A stretch of DNA of 64,000 nucleotides from the NCBI RefSeq assembly GCF_036971445.1, contig NC_091482.1, positions 61,690,001 through 61,754,000 on the forward strand, given 5' to 3'. The notes under the pieces are model-generated. The model saw only the letters and a program-made list of their open reading frames with translations, had not been told where the DNA came from and did no database searches. This document shows, in pieces, positions 50,520-64,000 of the stretch; positions within the stretch are counted from its first letter, which is position 1; each line of letters begins with the position of its first letter. Made by a program: the position numbers and the translations under genes. This DNA is from Narcine bancroftii (taxonomy: Eukaryota).

Positions 50520-53500
50520 TTTAAAAACTTTATTTATTTGTTCAAAAAACAAATAATATATGACATATACAACAATTAACCATAAACATGAACGTTATTT
50601 TTTATATTTAGAAAAAAAAAGAAAAGAACCCCCCCCCCTTCAGCCAATTCTCCTAAGGAGAGCCATAAAGAAAGAAAAAATATTAAAGAAAAATTAAATA
50701 TACATATTCCGATCTAATCAATGTAAATTGAAATGTAAATATTCTGAATATAACAACCACTTATTAATTAAAAAATTATAATTATCACACGAAACATACG
50801 TAATTTTTTCCATTAAACAATATCTCATTATGCCATCTTTTAATATCAATCATATTTGTATCTTTCCACGTACTAGCAATACATTTTTTCACTACAGATA
50901 AAGCTAAATATACAAAAGCAAGCTGAAACTTATCTAATCCCAAGCCTTTCAGAAGTTGCAAATTACCCAATAATAATACTGTTGGATCTAAAACTATTTT
51001 AATCTTTTACAGATATTCTAAAAACGATTGAATTTTCTTCCAAAAAGATTGTATATGTATACATGACCAAACAGCATGAAAAAAAGTTCCAACAGTATCA
51101 CCACGTCTAAAACACAAATCTGATTCATGAAAACCATACTTTTTTAATTTTTCAGGTGTTAAGTATAATTGATGTAAAAAATTATAGTTAATCATTGCAT
51201 AACGTGCATTTATCAATCTAGTTACACTATCATAACAGATATCTAACCAATCATCTTCGGAAAAAATAAAACCAGTATCCGCTTCCCATTTACTTTTAGA
51301 TCTATCCCAACCCTTTTTATCCATACCATCCTGTAATATTTGATACATAGATGAAATATAACCCTTCTCTGGTACCTTCATAAGAAAAGTCTCAAATTTA
51401 GTCATTTCAGGTAAAATCATATCTCTACCAAACATACATTTTACCAAAGATCGAATTTGATAATAGAGAAACAAAGAGTTCTTATCAATACCAAAACTTT
51501 CCCTCATCTGATTAAAAGATAAAAATTTACCCTCTTTAAAACAATCTACCAAATTTTTCACACCTTTAAATCTCCAATGCAATAAACTTCGATTATGTAT
51601 TGAAAAAGAAATAAGTTGATTATTATACAACGGAGTCAAAGCCGATAATTTACCCCTAGAGCCTGTCATTTTATTTTTCTTTATCCATAACTTCATTAAA
51701 TGTTTTAGTATAGGCACATTATATTGTAACAAATTTATATTCCATCAAAACAAAAATTGATGTATTTCAAATTCAGAAATATTTGCCATCTCAATTTTGG
51801 CCCAACTAGGAGGCCGTACCAAATCCATCAATGAACTAATAAATTTAAGTTGGGCTGCTTCATAATAATTTTGAAAATGTGGTAAACGTAATCCCCCTAA
51901 CTCATATTTCCAAGTTAATTTATTCAAAGCTACTCTCGAAAATTTACCTCTCCGTAAAAACTCCCTAACCATTTTATTCAAGTCTCGAAAAAAAAATATT
52001 ATAAAGTAAATACGGAATAGATTGAAACAAATATTGTATACGTGGAAAAATATTCATCTTAATTGTATTTATCCTACCCATTAAATTAATAGGTAAATCT
52101 TTCCATTTAATCAAATCAGTTTTAATTTTTTTCATTAATGGAACATAATTTAATTTATATAAAGATTGATCATTAACATTCAAAATTATACCCAAATATT
52201 TAATTCAATCAGTCCATTTCAAATTAATAATATTCTTATAAACTGAATAATCTCCTTCACTTAGCGGTAATATTTCACTTTTTTCCCAATTAATTTTATA
52301 TCCAGAAAGACATCCATATTGTATTAAACACTCCTTCAAGTGCAAAAGTGACTGAGCTGGGTTTATTAAATACACCAGTACATCATCAGCAAATAAATTA
52401 ATTTTATACTCCTCAACTAAAACTTTCATACCTTGTATCTGTGTATTTTGTCTTATTAGCTGTGCTAAAGGTTCAATCACTAATGCAAACAAAGCTGGTG
52501 ATAAAGGACAACCTTGACGAGTTGATCGACTTAACTTAAAGGGTTCCGAAATCAAACCATTCGTCAATACTCTAGCTACTGGTTTACTATATAGAGCCCT
52601 AATCCAACCAATAAAGAAAGGACCAAACTTAAATTTCTCCAAAACTTTAAACAAAAAATTCCATTCAACTCTATCAAATGCTTTTTCTGCATCTAGAGAT
52701 ATCACCATCGGGTGATCTGAAGATTGTCGAAATCTATTAATCAAACTAATCACGCACAAAATATTATCTGAAGCATATCTATTCTTTATAAAACCTGTTT
52801 GATCCATATGAATCAACTTGGGTAAAAATTTAGCCAATCTATTCGCTAATATTTTAGCTATTATTTTACAATCTACATTTAACAACGAAATTGGTCTATA
52901 TGAAGATACTTTCAAAGGATCTCTGTTTTTTTGGGATTACTGTAATTAAAGCACTTGAACAAGACTCAGGTAATTCATTATGTTCTCCAACTTGACGTAA
53001 TACATCCCCAAACACTGTAGATAAATCATCATAAAAAATTTTATAAAATTCAACCGAAAATCCATCATCACCAGGCGATTTACCGTTCGGCATTTCCATC
53101 ATAGCCATTTTAATTTCCGAATCAGTAAATGGTTCCTCTAATCTGCATCCTCTAATATCGGTAAATTCAACTGTGATTTTAAAAAAAGATCAATCGATCC
53201 AGTTTCTTGTTTTCCTTCAGACGTATATAACTTTTTATAAAATGAACAAAATTCATCATTAATCTCACAAGGTTTATAAGTAATAAGAGAATTCTGTCTA
53301 ACAAAATTCATCATTAATCTCACAAGGTTTATAAGTAATAAGAGAATTCCGTCTAACAAAATTCATCATTAATCTCACAAGGTTTATAAGTAATAAGAGA
53401 ATTCCGTCTAACAAAATTCATCATTAATCTCACAAGGTTTATAAGTAATAAGAGAATTCCGTCTAACAAAATTCATCATTAATCTCAAGGTTTATAAGTA

Positions 53501-54028
53501 ATAAGAGAATTCCGTCTAACAAAATTCATCATTAATCTCACAAGGTTTATAAGTAATAAGAGAATTCCGTCTAACAAAATTCATCATTAATCTCACAAGG
53601 TTTATAAGTAATAAGAGAATTCCGTCTAACAAAATTCATCATTAATCTCACGAGGTTTATAAGTAATAAGAGAATTCCGTCTAACAAAATTCATCATTAA
53701 TCTCACAAGGTTTATAAGTAATAAGAGAATTCCGTCTAACAAAATTCATCATTAATCTCACGAGGTTTATAAGTAATAAGAGAATTCCGTCTAACAAAAT
53801 TCATCATTAATCTCACGAGGTTTATAAGTAATAAGAGAATTCCATCTAACAGCATTAATAGCCCTCGAAATCTGTTCTTTCTTTAATTGCCACGCCAAAA
53901 CCTTGTGCTTTCTCTCCCCATTCATAATACCGTTGTTTAGTCCTATTAATCACACATTCAAATTGATAAGATTGGAAAGTATTATATTCCAATTTCAACC
54001 TAGATAATTCTATTTTCTGATCTTCCGT
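50520..54028 (-). mobile_element. 5'-truncated L1-clade LINE (ORF2 RT + C-terminal Cys domain), frameshifted
   Basis: 16-bp TSD CTGTCATGCTACATTT (50504-50519, 54029-54044); KSPGDDG, YRPISLLN, DAEKAFD, RQGCPLSP, LFADD. Confidence 0.92.
53245..53850. repeat. 55-bp minisatellite, 11 copies, inside the L1 ORF2
   Basis: Unit AACAAAATTCATCATTAATCTCACAAGGTTTATAAGTAATAAGAGAATTCCGTCT; copy 5 lacks 2 nt. Confidence 0.95.
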
Positions 54029-55300
54029 CTGTCATGCTACATTTGGCAACTTTGTAAACTCACACATGAAATAGCATTTGATTTTTTTGGACACTTTGAG
54101 AAGATGTTTCTCCTTCAGGTTTGATGCTAATGATCTACCAGCTGCAAAAGTATAAATTAAATTACTACCATGTCTTAAGGCAGCAAAAGAGATGAATATA
54201 AAAGGATAGATAGCTGTTTACATTTTCAGTTAGGGCAAATAAAAAGTGACATTTCAATTTGTTGAGTCTAAGTGTCAAGTTAAACTTGGTCACAACATTT
54301 TCTAGTCTTTAAGCCACAAAAATACTTTGTGATATAAGCAATTCATTATTATTGGTTGAACCAGAACTGAGATACACATTGTTTTAAAAACGTGAAGTTA
54401 GTGTACAGGAATTAGGAGCAAAACTTCATTGATTGTTTTAATTATAAAATTGGAGCTTTTGTAGAGGTATTCATTATTTCTCTTCACTTCCACTCCCTCC
54501 CCACAGGTAAAAGGAAATCAGTGGAATTTAATTTAATATTCAAATCAAACCATGAATATACCATGATACATCTGTATAATGCTCACAAAAGAAGTTGCTA
54601 TGTTTTTGAATCACGTGGTGAACCAGATTAGGTTCTTGATCTTTTTCCATCCTAACCAATATGTATGTAAGCGTAGCTCAATAGTAGTGCTTTTTCTTTA
54701 AGTCAGAAAGTTCTAGTTTAAGTTCCACACCAGAGATAGTAGAACACACTGGAGGTGCTTTCTTTCAAATAAGGCATTGACCTATACTTACATGAGAAGC
54801 TGTTGGATACATTGCCAGAACATTGCTAGAGGTAAATAATTCCTAGTTTTGATTGTTATCCAGTCACTCAGTGGAGAAAGTGGATACTGTATTAGGCCCT
54901 ACCTTAATATCTCTTTCCAAGCTCTTTGTACATGTAATGGCAATATACAAACATGCTGGAGAAAGTCAGCAGGTCATGCATACCTGGCAAAGGGCCCAGC
55001 CCCAAAACATTGGTTACCCTTTACTTCCTATGAATGCTGTGCGACCTGCTGAATTTCAGGTCTGTGGATTTGCATTCATTTGCTTGGGTTTCCTATATAT
55101 TCACTGCCACACCATTGGAACAAAGTCAAAGTGGCTGTAGTCAAATCAATTGGTTAAAGATAATAGGGGAGAAATTTTAGGAAAAATGGTCTGTGAAGAA
55201 CAAAAACTTTAAAAGATGGGATGAAAAAGATAAATGTTGCTTTAAAAACACTGCCTTCATTCACATCACACATGATCTTGTTTCTTGTGTTTTGTCACAG

Positions 55301-55394
55301 GTTTTGGCTAAAGGATTGAAAACGGGTGAAACTGAATGGCCAGAGGTTCTGGAAGAAAAATCTGCAATTGAAGTTGTTCAAGAGTTAATTGAAG
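55301..55394 (+). CDS. ZWILCH: ZWILCH exon 9 (VLAKGLKTGETEW...VQELIE)
   Basis: acag| ... G|GTACAG. Confidence 0.93.
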
Positions 55395-55862
55395 GTACAG
55401 AATTTTCATATTTGAAACATATCTGCTGCAATAAATTTGAATCTGTGCAAGATTTTGAATGATTTGAGTACAAGTGGCTTTACTTTACCTTCCATCTGTT
55501 CCATTTCAATTGGAAATCTGCACTCTATGATGATGAGGAATGAAACACATTTTTCATGATTTTTGTAAATTGTGCCATTGGCTAAAATTTTATTTTCAAT
55601 GGCGTATAGCTTTAGCCTTTGAGATGGCTTGGAAAACTCCGTAGATTTATTCATTTATTTTATTTTCAAAATGAAATGCCATTTCCCATTTTATCCATTT
55701 GATTAAATATGACTGTTCTTGAATAATTTAGTCATATCTTACTGAAACTTACAGCATTTAAGTAGTGTAAAGTGGATACATGACCTTTTGCCTTGAATAG
55801 AATTTTATATTATTTGATTTGTCTTAGTATGGAATATTTTTTGCATTTCATGTTTGATGAAG

Positions 55863-55918
55863 ACTTAAAGAACCAAATCACCATGTCTCACCATCACCTA
55901 AAGAAAACTGACACGGAG
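55863..55918 (+). CDS. ZWILCH: ZWILCH exon 10 (DLKNQITMSHHHLKKTDTE)
   Basis: aag| ... GAG|GTATGA; phases fit both neighbours. Confidence 0.8.
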
Positions 55919-57282
55919 GTATGATATTTGGATAAGTGAGATTTTTTGCTGGGAATAAGCATGGTAAAAATAACATTGCCCAAAAGTAACAATGACTTTT
56001 ATTTTAAAGGAGGGTACTCTGTGGGTGAACCAAAATGGTTATGCTTTTATGGAGCCCATTATCTTTTGCATAATGTCCATTTCTAGGTCAAGCAGCAGGC
56101 TTGGTTTGTACTTGATGACAGGGCCTCTACCTCACCAGACATGGTCCACACTCTCCAGTCTTTCAAAATATGGGATTATCTTCCACATTGGTTCTACATT
56201 TTCAACAAATGCCCAGACATTTTCATTGGTGCTGAGTCACTCAAGTATGCATTCATTAATCATGCTTGATCTGCTCATCTAAAGACCCCCTTATTCTGAT
56301 GATGAACAGGCCTTGTTACTGATTTCACCCATTTCCCCCGATTACTATGGCAATGTCCTTGAGTGTTCTGAAGGTAGAAACCCTGGAGTTGGTTGTAAGT
56401 ATGGTTACCATAGGCTGTTTTGGCTTGTAAATAAATTTATTGTTTCTTTATCTCTATCACTCTATTGCATCTACACCCCCCAGGCCTAATTAATGAGATC
56501 TTCATAAGTCTTCATTTAGAATAAAATATCATATTTGTAAGAGATGTGTTTAGCAGACCTCCATAGGTTTATCTCCATGCTCTGTTAGTTGGTTTGGTGG
56601 TCTCATAACCTGGTGAATTCCTCTTCTGCAGATGGGGCTTCTGCATTAACATGGGAATTTCTTTGGCTGCTGTCTTCATATCTTTCACCACATTCCCATG
56701 TGGGCCTGTATGCCTGCTCTAGTTATTTTTCTGAAATAATACACCTAAAGTGGAATGTTGAAAGTTATTCTGTTGCAATAAGCAGCTTTTCTCTGTCAGT
56801 GAGGGTTATATATTTCTAGGAATGTTTTGTAGTTTACTGGAGCTGGCAGAATGTTAAACTATCTTGTTTATTCCTTTAGTGTTCTCTGATTTAAAGGTGC
56901 TGATATATTAATGAGTTGAGAAATCATTTATTTAATTCAGTATTTAAACTTCATTGATTTAAAAAGGTTATAAAGATTAATTTCAATTAAGTTTAGGAAA
57001 AATCCAATGCTTGATCATGCAAAAATATTTCTAATATGTGTACTACGCTAGAGTTATTTCAGTACCTCGAATTTGTTTTGAGATTTGCATCTTTCTCTGT
57101 TAAAGCACAAGCTGTATAATTATCTGCAACCTTTAGTGTCTTAATACTACAACAGCACCATAGTTATCTTAAAAAATACACTTTAATCTCATTTTTTTTT
57201 TCACTTTAATCTCATTTAAGGAAATCTAAGACGCTAGTCATAAATTTTTGACCAGGACTTTGTTTTCATTGTTTTATATCAG

Positions 57283-57391
57283 AAATTGAAAAGTGATGAA
57301 GCTGCTATTGAATCAACCATCCATTCATCATTTGCTCTTGAACGTGGAGACCTTGATTTTGCAGAGCAGCTTTGGACTAGAATGAGGAAAA
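57283..57391 (+). CDS. ZWILCH: ZWILCH exon 11 ([11 protein letters not shown]...[16 protein letters not shown])
   Basis: tcag| ... |GTATGT. Confidence 0.92.
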
Positions 57392-57512
57392 GTATGTATT
57401 ACCTGTGGGACAGATTATTCCTGTTGTTTTGATGTTACCAGTGAGGGAACATGGTGATACTGACATTTCCATGCATTGATATTGGATATCAGAGAATGGA
57501 ATAAATGCTCCT

Positions 57513-57743
57513 TGTAATGCGCGTCGAAAGAACCAAAGACTTGTTGATCCATACCAAGGCTTTTATTAACTAAAAGACTGGAGCATATCACAAGTAGGTC
57601 GACCAGTCCAGAATGACCTGGTCTGGCTAGGAGCAATCCTTTAAGACCTGCCAGTAGTTGTGGCTATGCTCTCAGTCAATCACAGTCATCCTACACTACC
57701 ATCTGTACATATACACATTGGTATATGAATCTGTACTATCACA
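57513..57743 (-). mobile_element. 231-bp solo LTR
   Basis: TGTAAT...ATCACA termini, perfect 5-bp TSD CTCCT, AATAAA on the - strand. Confidence 0.8.
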
Positions 57744-58108
57744 CTCCTTATAGATTAACTATCTCCTGGTAGCCTCACCAATGGCGCAATGAAAATCAGT
57801 GAAGTAGCCTTTGGAAGATTTTTCAACTTGGAGGCATTATTTAATGCAATAATTAGAATCTTGATTTTCATGCTCCAGAAGAAAAGGGATTTCTGGTCCA
57901 ATAATTGGTGAAACTATAAAGATTTTGTGAAAGGCAAATTATCAAGCAGCTTTTTCTTGGAATGTAGAAAATGCTGAACAAGTCGAGCAGTATCTGAGGC
58001 GAGCAACGGAGAAGTTATGTTGTAGCAATGAAGAGAGCTTTGATTCTCTCGCTCACCGAGTGTTCGTTTCTCTGACTTCGACTCATTTTATTTTTGTTTT
58101 TATTTTAG

Positions 58109-58188
58109 CTGTTTCTTCATACCAAGATGTGGTAGATTGCTTAACACTAGTTTTGCAGAATCTAAAATGCAAGGATATTCAACCATGG
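58109..58188 (+). CDS. ZWILCH: ZWILCH exon 12 (VSSYQDVVDCL...DIQPW)
   Basis: ttag| ... TGG|GTATGG. Confidence 0.93.
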
Positions 58189-58575
58189 GTATGGAGCATA
58201 TTTGTATTTTAATGTTTGTTTAAATGCTATCTGAAATATATATTTTAAGAAAACTATTGCTTTTTAAGATTTAGGAGTTTGAATATTGAATCAATTAAAA
58301 TTTGATCTGTATTTTTTCTTGATTGTTTGCTGATTAATGATGGGACATTAGGCTGTTTTATTCCAGTAAATGGGTCATCTGGGTGTTGTATGATTTATCA
58401 TTGTTACAAGAACACTGCATGTAGTACCAATGGTCGGAGCTAAGGTTGGAGCCACAATGCTTCCATCTGGTGACATTTGACACATTTCTATTCTATAGTT
58501 CACCATAGATCAAACCATCCAGATTGTTCCATTTATACAGATTAAGAGGGAATAATTTTAAACTAAATTTAAATA

Positions 58576-58735
58576 GGACATACAGCACTTACAAGTGCGT
58601 GCCGCCCAAATTATACCCCATTAACCTATACCTAGGTATGTTTTTGAAGGGTGGGAGGAAACCGGAGCTCCCTGAGAAAACCCGTCCCTTCCTGATCGCT
58701 GGTGCTGAAAAGGTATTGCGTTAACTACTACGCCA
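58576..58735 (-). mobile_element. V-domain SINE, internally deleted
   Basis: GGGAGGAAACCGGAGC core and shared tail. Confidence 0.6.
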
Positions 58736-58827
58736 AGAATTGTTTTCTCAAGTTTTGGGGTTTTGTATAACTTTAATGATACGCTTATTGTAACTGGAGC
58801 ACTGGACAAATTCTGGCCACCTTCCAG

Positions 58828-58984
58828 ATTCATCGAGGGAGCAACAGTTCTCTCAGCCAATTAATCCAGCAGTCTTACCAATGTGCCATGCCTGCTGTTT
58901 CTGTTAATGGACTAACTGCAATCCGAATGCTTTTGGAAATTGGTCTGGACAAATTGCAGAGGGATTACATAAACTATTTTATAG
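58828..58984 (+). CDS. ZWILCH: ZWILCH exon 13 ([17 protein letters not shown]...[16 protein letters not shown])
   Basis: ccag| ... G|GTAGGT. Confidence 0.93.
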
Positions 58985-59439
58985 GTAGGTATTCCTCAGT
59001 ACTTGTCTAGTTTGTTACTTTGATCTTATGAATGGTTAATTTGGTTATATGGCAATACAACCCCCATCCTTGCCTATACAGAAACATAGAAAGTAGCTGA
59101 AGGAGAATGCTGGGTGAAACATTTGAATGATGTTGCAGTGCATAATGCGAGTAGGATGTATTACCCCTCTTTGTTGCTGGATTGACTAAAGCCAAGTAAA
59201 ACTTCCAGCAAACCTTTACAGGGTGAAGAATTGCAAGGCTGATTCAGAGACCTCGAGTATTGTTTCACAGACTTTATTTCACATTAAAACAGGCTGTTTG
59301 CCAACTATGTTTAGTGTCAGTATCAAAGCTGGTTCGTGAACTTTGTTTCACAGAGTGATATTATCAATCTTCATGAAATTTCTTCCACAGAGGGAAAGGA
59401 AATCTGGAAGGTCTGTTGTGTGATGTGCCCATTACTCCA

Positions 59440-62275
59440 TCAAAGCGCTGGCGACCCATGGTGACTTTCTGCGGACTATAAATCACCTTCCTGCCTTTAC
59501 TATTAAATACTCGCGTTCTGAACTTCCTTCACTGAAATTGGCACCATGCAGTTTTGTTCTCTGTGATGAGCTGCTGAACAGTTAACGATCTACAAATCTT
59601 CTGGGTAATGGCTGAGTCAGGAACAGACTGGTTGGAAGGGAAAGGCCTATGGTTGGAAACATGGTGAGGGCCGGGATCACAAGGGATTGTGACCTCCCCT
59701 ACCGTCCGTATTACTGGCAAACATCCAGTCACTCAAGAATAAAATCGACAACCTGAGAGCAAGGCTGCTTTATCAGAGTCGGGTGAGACAAATCTCAGTT
59801 GTTTGCTTCTCCAAGACCTGGCTAATGGAGAACACACTGGATACTGCTATCTGATCAGAGAGTTTCACCATTTATAGACTGGATTAGAATTCGGATTCTG
59901 GAAAAGGGAAAGCGGGCGGTGTGTGCTTTTCATTAATACTGGGTGGTGTATGGATGCCTTAGAGAAAATCTCGATTGAATGCAGACCCTTCTATCTACCC
60001 CGAGAGTTCTCATCATTGTTCCTCACCGGAGTTTATAGCCCTCCTGATGCCAATTACAAACAGGCATTTGCAGAGCTGCATGATGTGGTCAGCAAACAAG
60101 AGACAGCCCACTCCGACACGCTACAAATCTTAGTCAGAAACTAAAACCAGACCTGTCTTAAGAAAACCCTGCCCAAGTACCACCACCATGTAACCTGCTG
60201 TTCTAGAGGTCCCAGCACTCTTGATCACCAAGATAAGGAAGGCCCATCGTTCTTTCCTGAGATTGCATTTTGCTAAGTTGGATCATCTGTCTCTACTACT
60301 TCTGCCTTCATACAAACAGTGCCTAAAAAGAGTGTCTCTGGAGATCATACCAACTAGATGGTGGTCACAGGAGGCTGAAGAACAGTTGCAGGACTACCTC
60401 AATTCAGCAGACTGACCGGTATTCAAAGACACCGCAAAGGGTTTGAATGATTACACCATGGCTGTAACAGACTTTATCAAAACAGCTGTGGACAAGTGTG
60501 TCCCTACCAAATCGTTCAGGGTTTTCCCCAACCAGAAGACCCGGAAAAACAATGAAATTCGGAACCTGCTGAGAGCCAGATTGCTACAGAAGGAGCAGGT
60601 ATGACCTGTGGAAAGCCACCTCCCAAGCAAGGTGGAGTTTCCAGATGAAAATGGAAACCATGAAGGATACCAAATCTGACAAACCTAATGCCGCCTTTGC
60701 CTAGTTCTACCACAAGAGCAAGAAAGAGCCACCACTGTGCACCCCCATGTTACCTGATGATCATCTCCTGTCCGTATTCAAGGATGACATGTGGGCTTCC
60801 TTTAGAAGAGTGAATCCGAGGAAAGCATCCAGTCTGGATGGAGTACCCGGATGAGTATTAAAAATCTGTGCTGATCAAATTACCAATGTATTCATGGATA
60901 TCTTCAACATCTCACTCAGGCAAGGCGTGGTACCCACCTGTTTCAAACAGGCATCAATCGTACCCATTCAAAAAAAAAAAAAAAAACGTACCCATTCCCA
61001 AGAAGAATGTGGTAACCTTCCTAAATGGCACTCACATCGTCAGTGTTTTGAAAAGCTGTTGTTGAAGCACATTAGCTCTTGTCTGAGCGGCGACATAGAT
61101 TTGTTCCAATTTGCCTATCATAGCAACAAGTCTATGGAGATGTCATCTCAATGGCTCTACACCAAGGCCCCATAATGCCTGGACAGCAAAAATGCATACA
61201 TCACGATGCTCTTTATCGACTATAGCTTAGTATTTAATACCATCATTCCCTCAAAATTGATCAACAAACTCCAAGACTAGGATTCAACATCCCACTGTGT
61301 AATTGGATCCTTTATTTCCTCGTCTACAGACCACAATCAGTGAGGATCTATGACTGTGTAGCCCAGTGCGACAACAATACCACGGTAGTTGGTAATATAA
61401 AAAGGGCTAATGAGTAAGCACTCAGGAGGTTGATTGAAAACTTGGCCGAATAGTGCATCAACAATAACCTTGCACTCAATGTCACCTAAACCAAGGAGCT
61501 GATTGTTGACTTCAGGAAGGGAAAATCAGATGTGTATGATCCAGCGATCATTATGGGATCAGAGGTGGAGAGGGTGAGCAAATTTAGGTTCTTGGGAGTC
61601 ACTATCTTGGAGGATCATTCCTGGACCAACAGACTAATGGGATTGTGAAGAAAGCACGTCAGTGCCTCTACTTCCTCAGGTTTTTGCAGAGGTTTGGTAT
61701 CATAACAGAAACCCCAGACAAATTTCTACCAATGTGTGGTGGAAAGTGTGCTGACTGGCTGCATTATGGTCTGATGTTGGGACACCAATATTCCTGAGTG
61801 CAAAGCCCTGCAAAAGGTAGTGGAGATAGCCCAGGACATCACAAGAAAAACCCTTCCCACCATCAAGAACATCTATGGGCATTGCTGCCGTTGGAGAGCC
61901 ACATCAGAATGTGTGGGTGGATCACACCACCAAGTACACCCTCTGTACTCGCTGCTGCCATCAGGAAAGAGGTATAGGGGCCGCAAGACTCACACCACCA
62001 GGTTCCGAAACAGCTGCTACCCCTCCACTATCAGACTCCTCAACAACAAACTCAACCAGACTCATTTTGAAGACTCTTACTTTTGTACTTTGGTTTTTTT
62101 TCCCCTCTCTGTTTTGCAGTCAGGGATTTACAATTCTTTATTTGTTTACATGTGTACATTGTGTACAGTTTTTTGCACATTACCAATAAGTGTAATTCTG
62201 CCTGGCTTGCAGGAAAACAAAATCTCAGGGTTGTATGTGATGTCATGTATGTACTCTGACAATAAATCTAAATCT
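59440..62275 (+). mobile_element. decayed Rex1/Babar-like LINE
   Basis: Remnants LLANIQSLKNKI, CRPFYLPREFS, DIFNISL, FQFAY, LLPSGKRYR, TTRFRNS; many stops; AATAAA plus short tandem tail; boundaries approximate. Confidence 0.8.
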
Positions 62276-62447
62276 TTAAAGCACATTTAATAAGTGTATT
62301 AACCCCATGTGTTGTGAAAACTGGAGGAAAAGGAAGGGCACTTGTGACTGCAAGACCCCACATCTCTCAAGCACTTTCCAAAATGAGCAACTTTGTATGT
62401 ATTTTTATTTAACTGTAAGTCGTGATAGAAAATTTGTTTTCTTCTAG

Positions 62448-62476
62448 GTCAAGAACTCACTACCTTGAATTACTTG
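62448..62476 (+). CDS. ZWILCH: ZWILCH exon 14 (GQELTTLNYL), 29 nt
   Basis: ctag| ... TTG|GTAAGG. Confidence 0.9.
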
Positions 62477-62564
62477 GTAAGGATAATAAATAATATTTAC
62501 AATTTGTGTCTAAGCTTTGTTTCTTATCTAATAATTTAGCTTTTATTAACATTTGATCCTGCAG

Positions 62565-62701
62565 GAGTACTTTGTGAATTCCACCGTAAGTCTTGAAGAC
62601 CAGTTGCTCCGTCTCCGTAAACTCCATCACATGCTCGAACTGCTACTGTGTTGCAGTGCCTTTCTCAATTTGAGCCACGAGAAGCTCTTTGCATTGACAC
62701 A
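62565..62701 (+). CDS. ZWILCH: ZWILCH exon 15 (EYFVNSTVSLEDQ...KLHHMLE...LFALT)
   Basis: gcag| ... CA|GTAAGC. Confidence 0.92.
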
Positions 62702-63377
62702 GTAAGCACTCAGTTTGTATATTCTATGTAAATAATGATGTGTTTGCAACAAGTATTGCAGTGTCACAGAAAAATGCATCATTTAATTATTTCTTTTAAT
62801 CTCTTTAATTGTAAAAATATATTTTTTAACTGAACAATGCCCCATAAATGGTATTTCACTCTGAATACTCTTCTTCCTGCTTGGATTATAAATGTGTTCA
62901 CATCAAAAGATACCTCTGTTGTCCTTCTCTGAAACCTCAGGATTATAATTTTTTTTAACTCCTTTTAAATGTTAATGTGATTTAGGTCATGTTTTTTTTA
63001 AAGAACCAAACTACCATGGCTCAATTTAAGATAATCTCTCCCTCCAAGTCTTGCAAAATGACTCTGGCTCTTCAGTTTGATTAAATATTCCTGGAATGTG
63101 GCTTTCCATGTAATACTCTATTTGTATAATCTTTCTTTCGATTTGAGTTTTGTTTTATTGATGGTTAAATTGTTTTTGTTTTGGAAAGTGTGTTTAATGA
63201 TTGAGTTCCAAAGCAAATCTCAATTAGGATGGATTTTTCTTTCATTCCAATCCTGCACATTTCTGTAAAGAGTTTGAAATATAGAAAATAAATAAAAATA
63301 CATGCAATATATCAAAGGGGTGCTTTTTACAATCAATGCATTTTAAACAGAATGTTGTTTGTCATCTATATTAACGA

Positions 63378-63560
63378 TTGGTTAGCACAACACAATTATA
63401 GTGCCAGCTACCGAGTTTTGAACTTGGCGCAGTCTGTAAGGAGTTTGTACATTCTCCCCATGTTTGCATGAGTTTTCTCTAGGTGCTCTGGTTTCCTTCC
63501 ACCCTTCAAAAACGCATACAAGTTTTGCAGGTTAATTGGGATATTTGGGCAGCGTAATGT
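63378..63560 (+). mobile_element. V-domain SINE
   Basis: Same core as 5544-5765. Confidence 0.7.
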
Positions 63561-63584
63561 CTAAATTAAAATTAAAAAAAATTA

Positions 63585-64000
63585 AAGTGTGAGGTGTTGC
63601 ACTTTGGGAGGAGGAACCAGGGTAGGATTTGCACAATAAATGGTAGTGGCGTCACGAGTAGAAAGGGACATAAAGAAAGCTTTTAGCCTATTGGCCATCA
63701 TTATTTCCATTGTGAAGTACAGGAGTTGGGATGTTATGTTGAAGTTGTACAAGACATTGGTGAGGCTAAAATGTGGAGTAATGCGTACAGTTTTGGCCAT
63801 CTACCTACAGGAAAGGTGTAAAGTTGAAATAGTGCAGAGAATTTACAAGGATGTCGCCAGGACATGAAGAGCTGAGTTGTAGGGGAAGGTTGATTAGATG
63901 AGGACTTTATTCCCTGGAATGTTGGAGAATGAGGGGAGATTTGATAGAAATTCTGAGGTATAAAGACAAACAGGCTTTTTCCACCAAGGTTGGATGAGAC
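63585..64000 (+). mobile_element. CR1-like LINE fragment running off the window
   Basis: KYRSWDVMLKLYKTLVR motif. Confidence 0.7.

Larger units (their letters stand above)
39185..62701 (+). other. ZWILCH: ZWILCH kinetochore protein (RZZ complex) gene span, exons 1-15; remaining 3' exons not found in the window
   Basis: Peptides [47 protein letters not shown]; continuous phase over 1487 nt; head-to-head with RPL4 as in human. Confidence 0.93.

Noticed and set aside
53245-53850. Regular repeat array resembling CRISPR
   Set aside because: Head-to-tail units with no unique spacers, inside an L1 ORF2 in a vertebrate intron; no cas genes
62986-63060. Possible ZWILCH exon 16 after tttag
   Set aside because: In-frame TAA after four codons and no similarity to the expected peptide; the exon is probably beyond the window

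Overview
Eukaryotic vertebrate genomic DNA, probably from a cartilaginous fish (inferred from abundant V-domain/HE1-like SINEs and CR1, Penelope, Rex and L1 debris). It holds a conserved gene block. MAP2K1/MEK1 (+) is complete: 11 exons, 1074-27056, 393 aa. RPL4 (-) is complete: 10 exons, 38672-30355, 359 aa. ZWILCH (+) has its first 15 exons here (39185-62701) and is head-to-head with RPL4. I traced exon boundaries by hand from splice sites and reading phase. Most ORF-track entries are spurious or transposon-derived. RPL4 has the most notable features: a GC donor that is the only in-frame option, with a frameshifting GT 4 nt away; a U12-type intron 3 holding an apparently decayed U16/SNORD16; two intact U18/SNORD18 copies and one decayed; and a very short C-terminal tail. 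SNAPC5 is not recognisable in its human syntenic position, where an unassigned C/D-box candidate lies instead. Retroelements include a young 5'-inverted RTE with a near-identical 74-bp sibling, an internally deleted L1, an L1 carrying an 11x55-bp minisatellite, and solo LTRs. Comparisons with human and Xenopus sequences are from memory and need database confirmation. I found no prokaryote-type system such as CRISPR.
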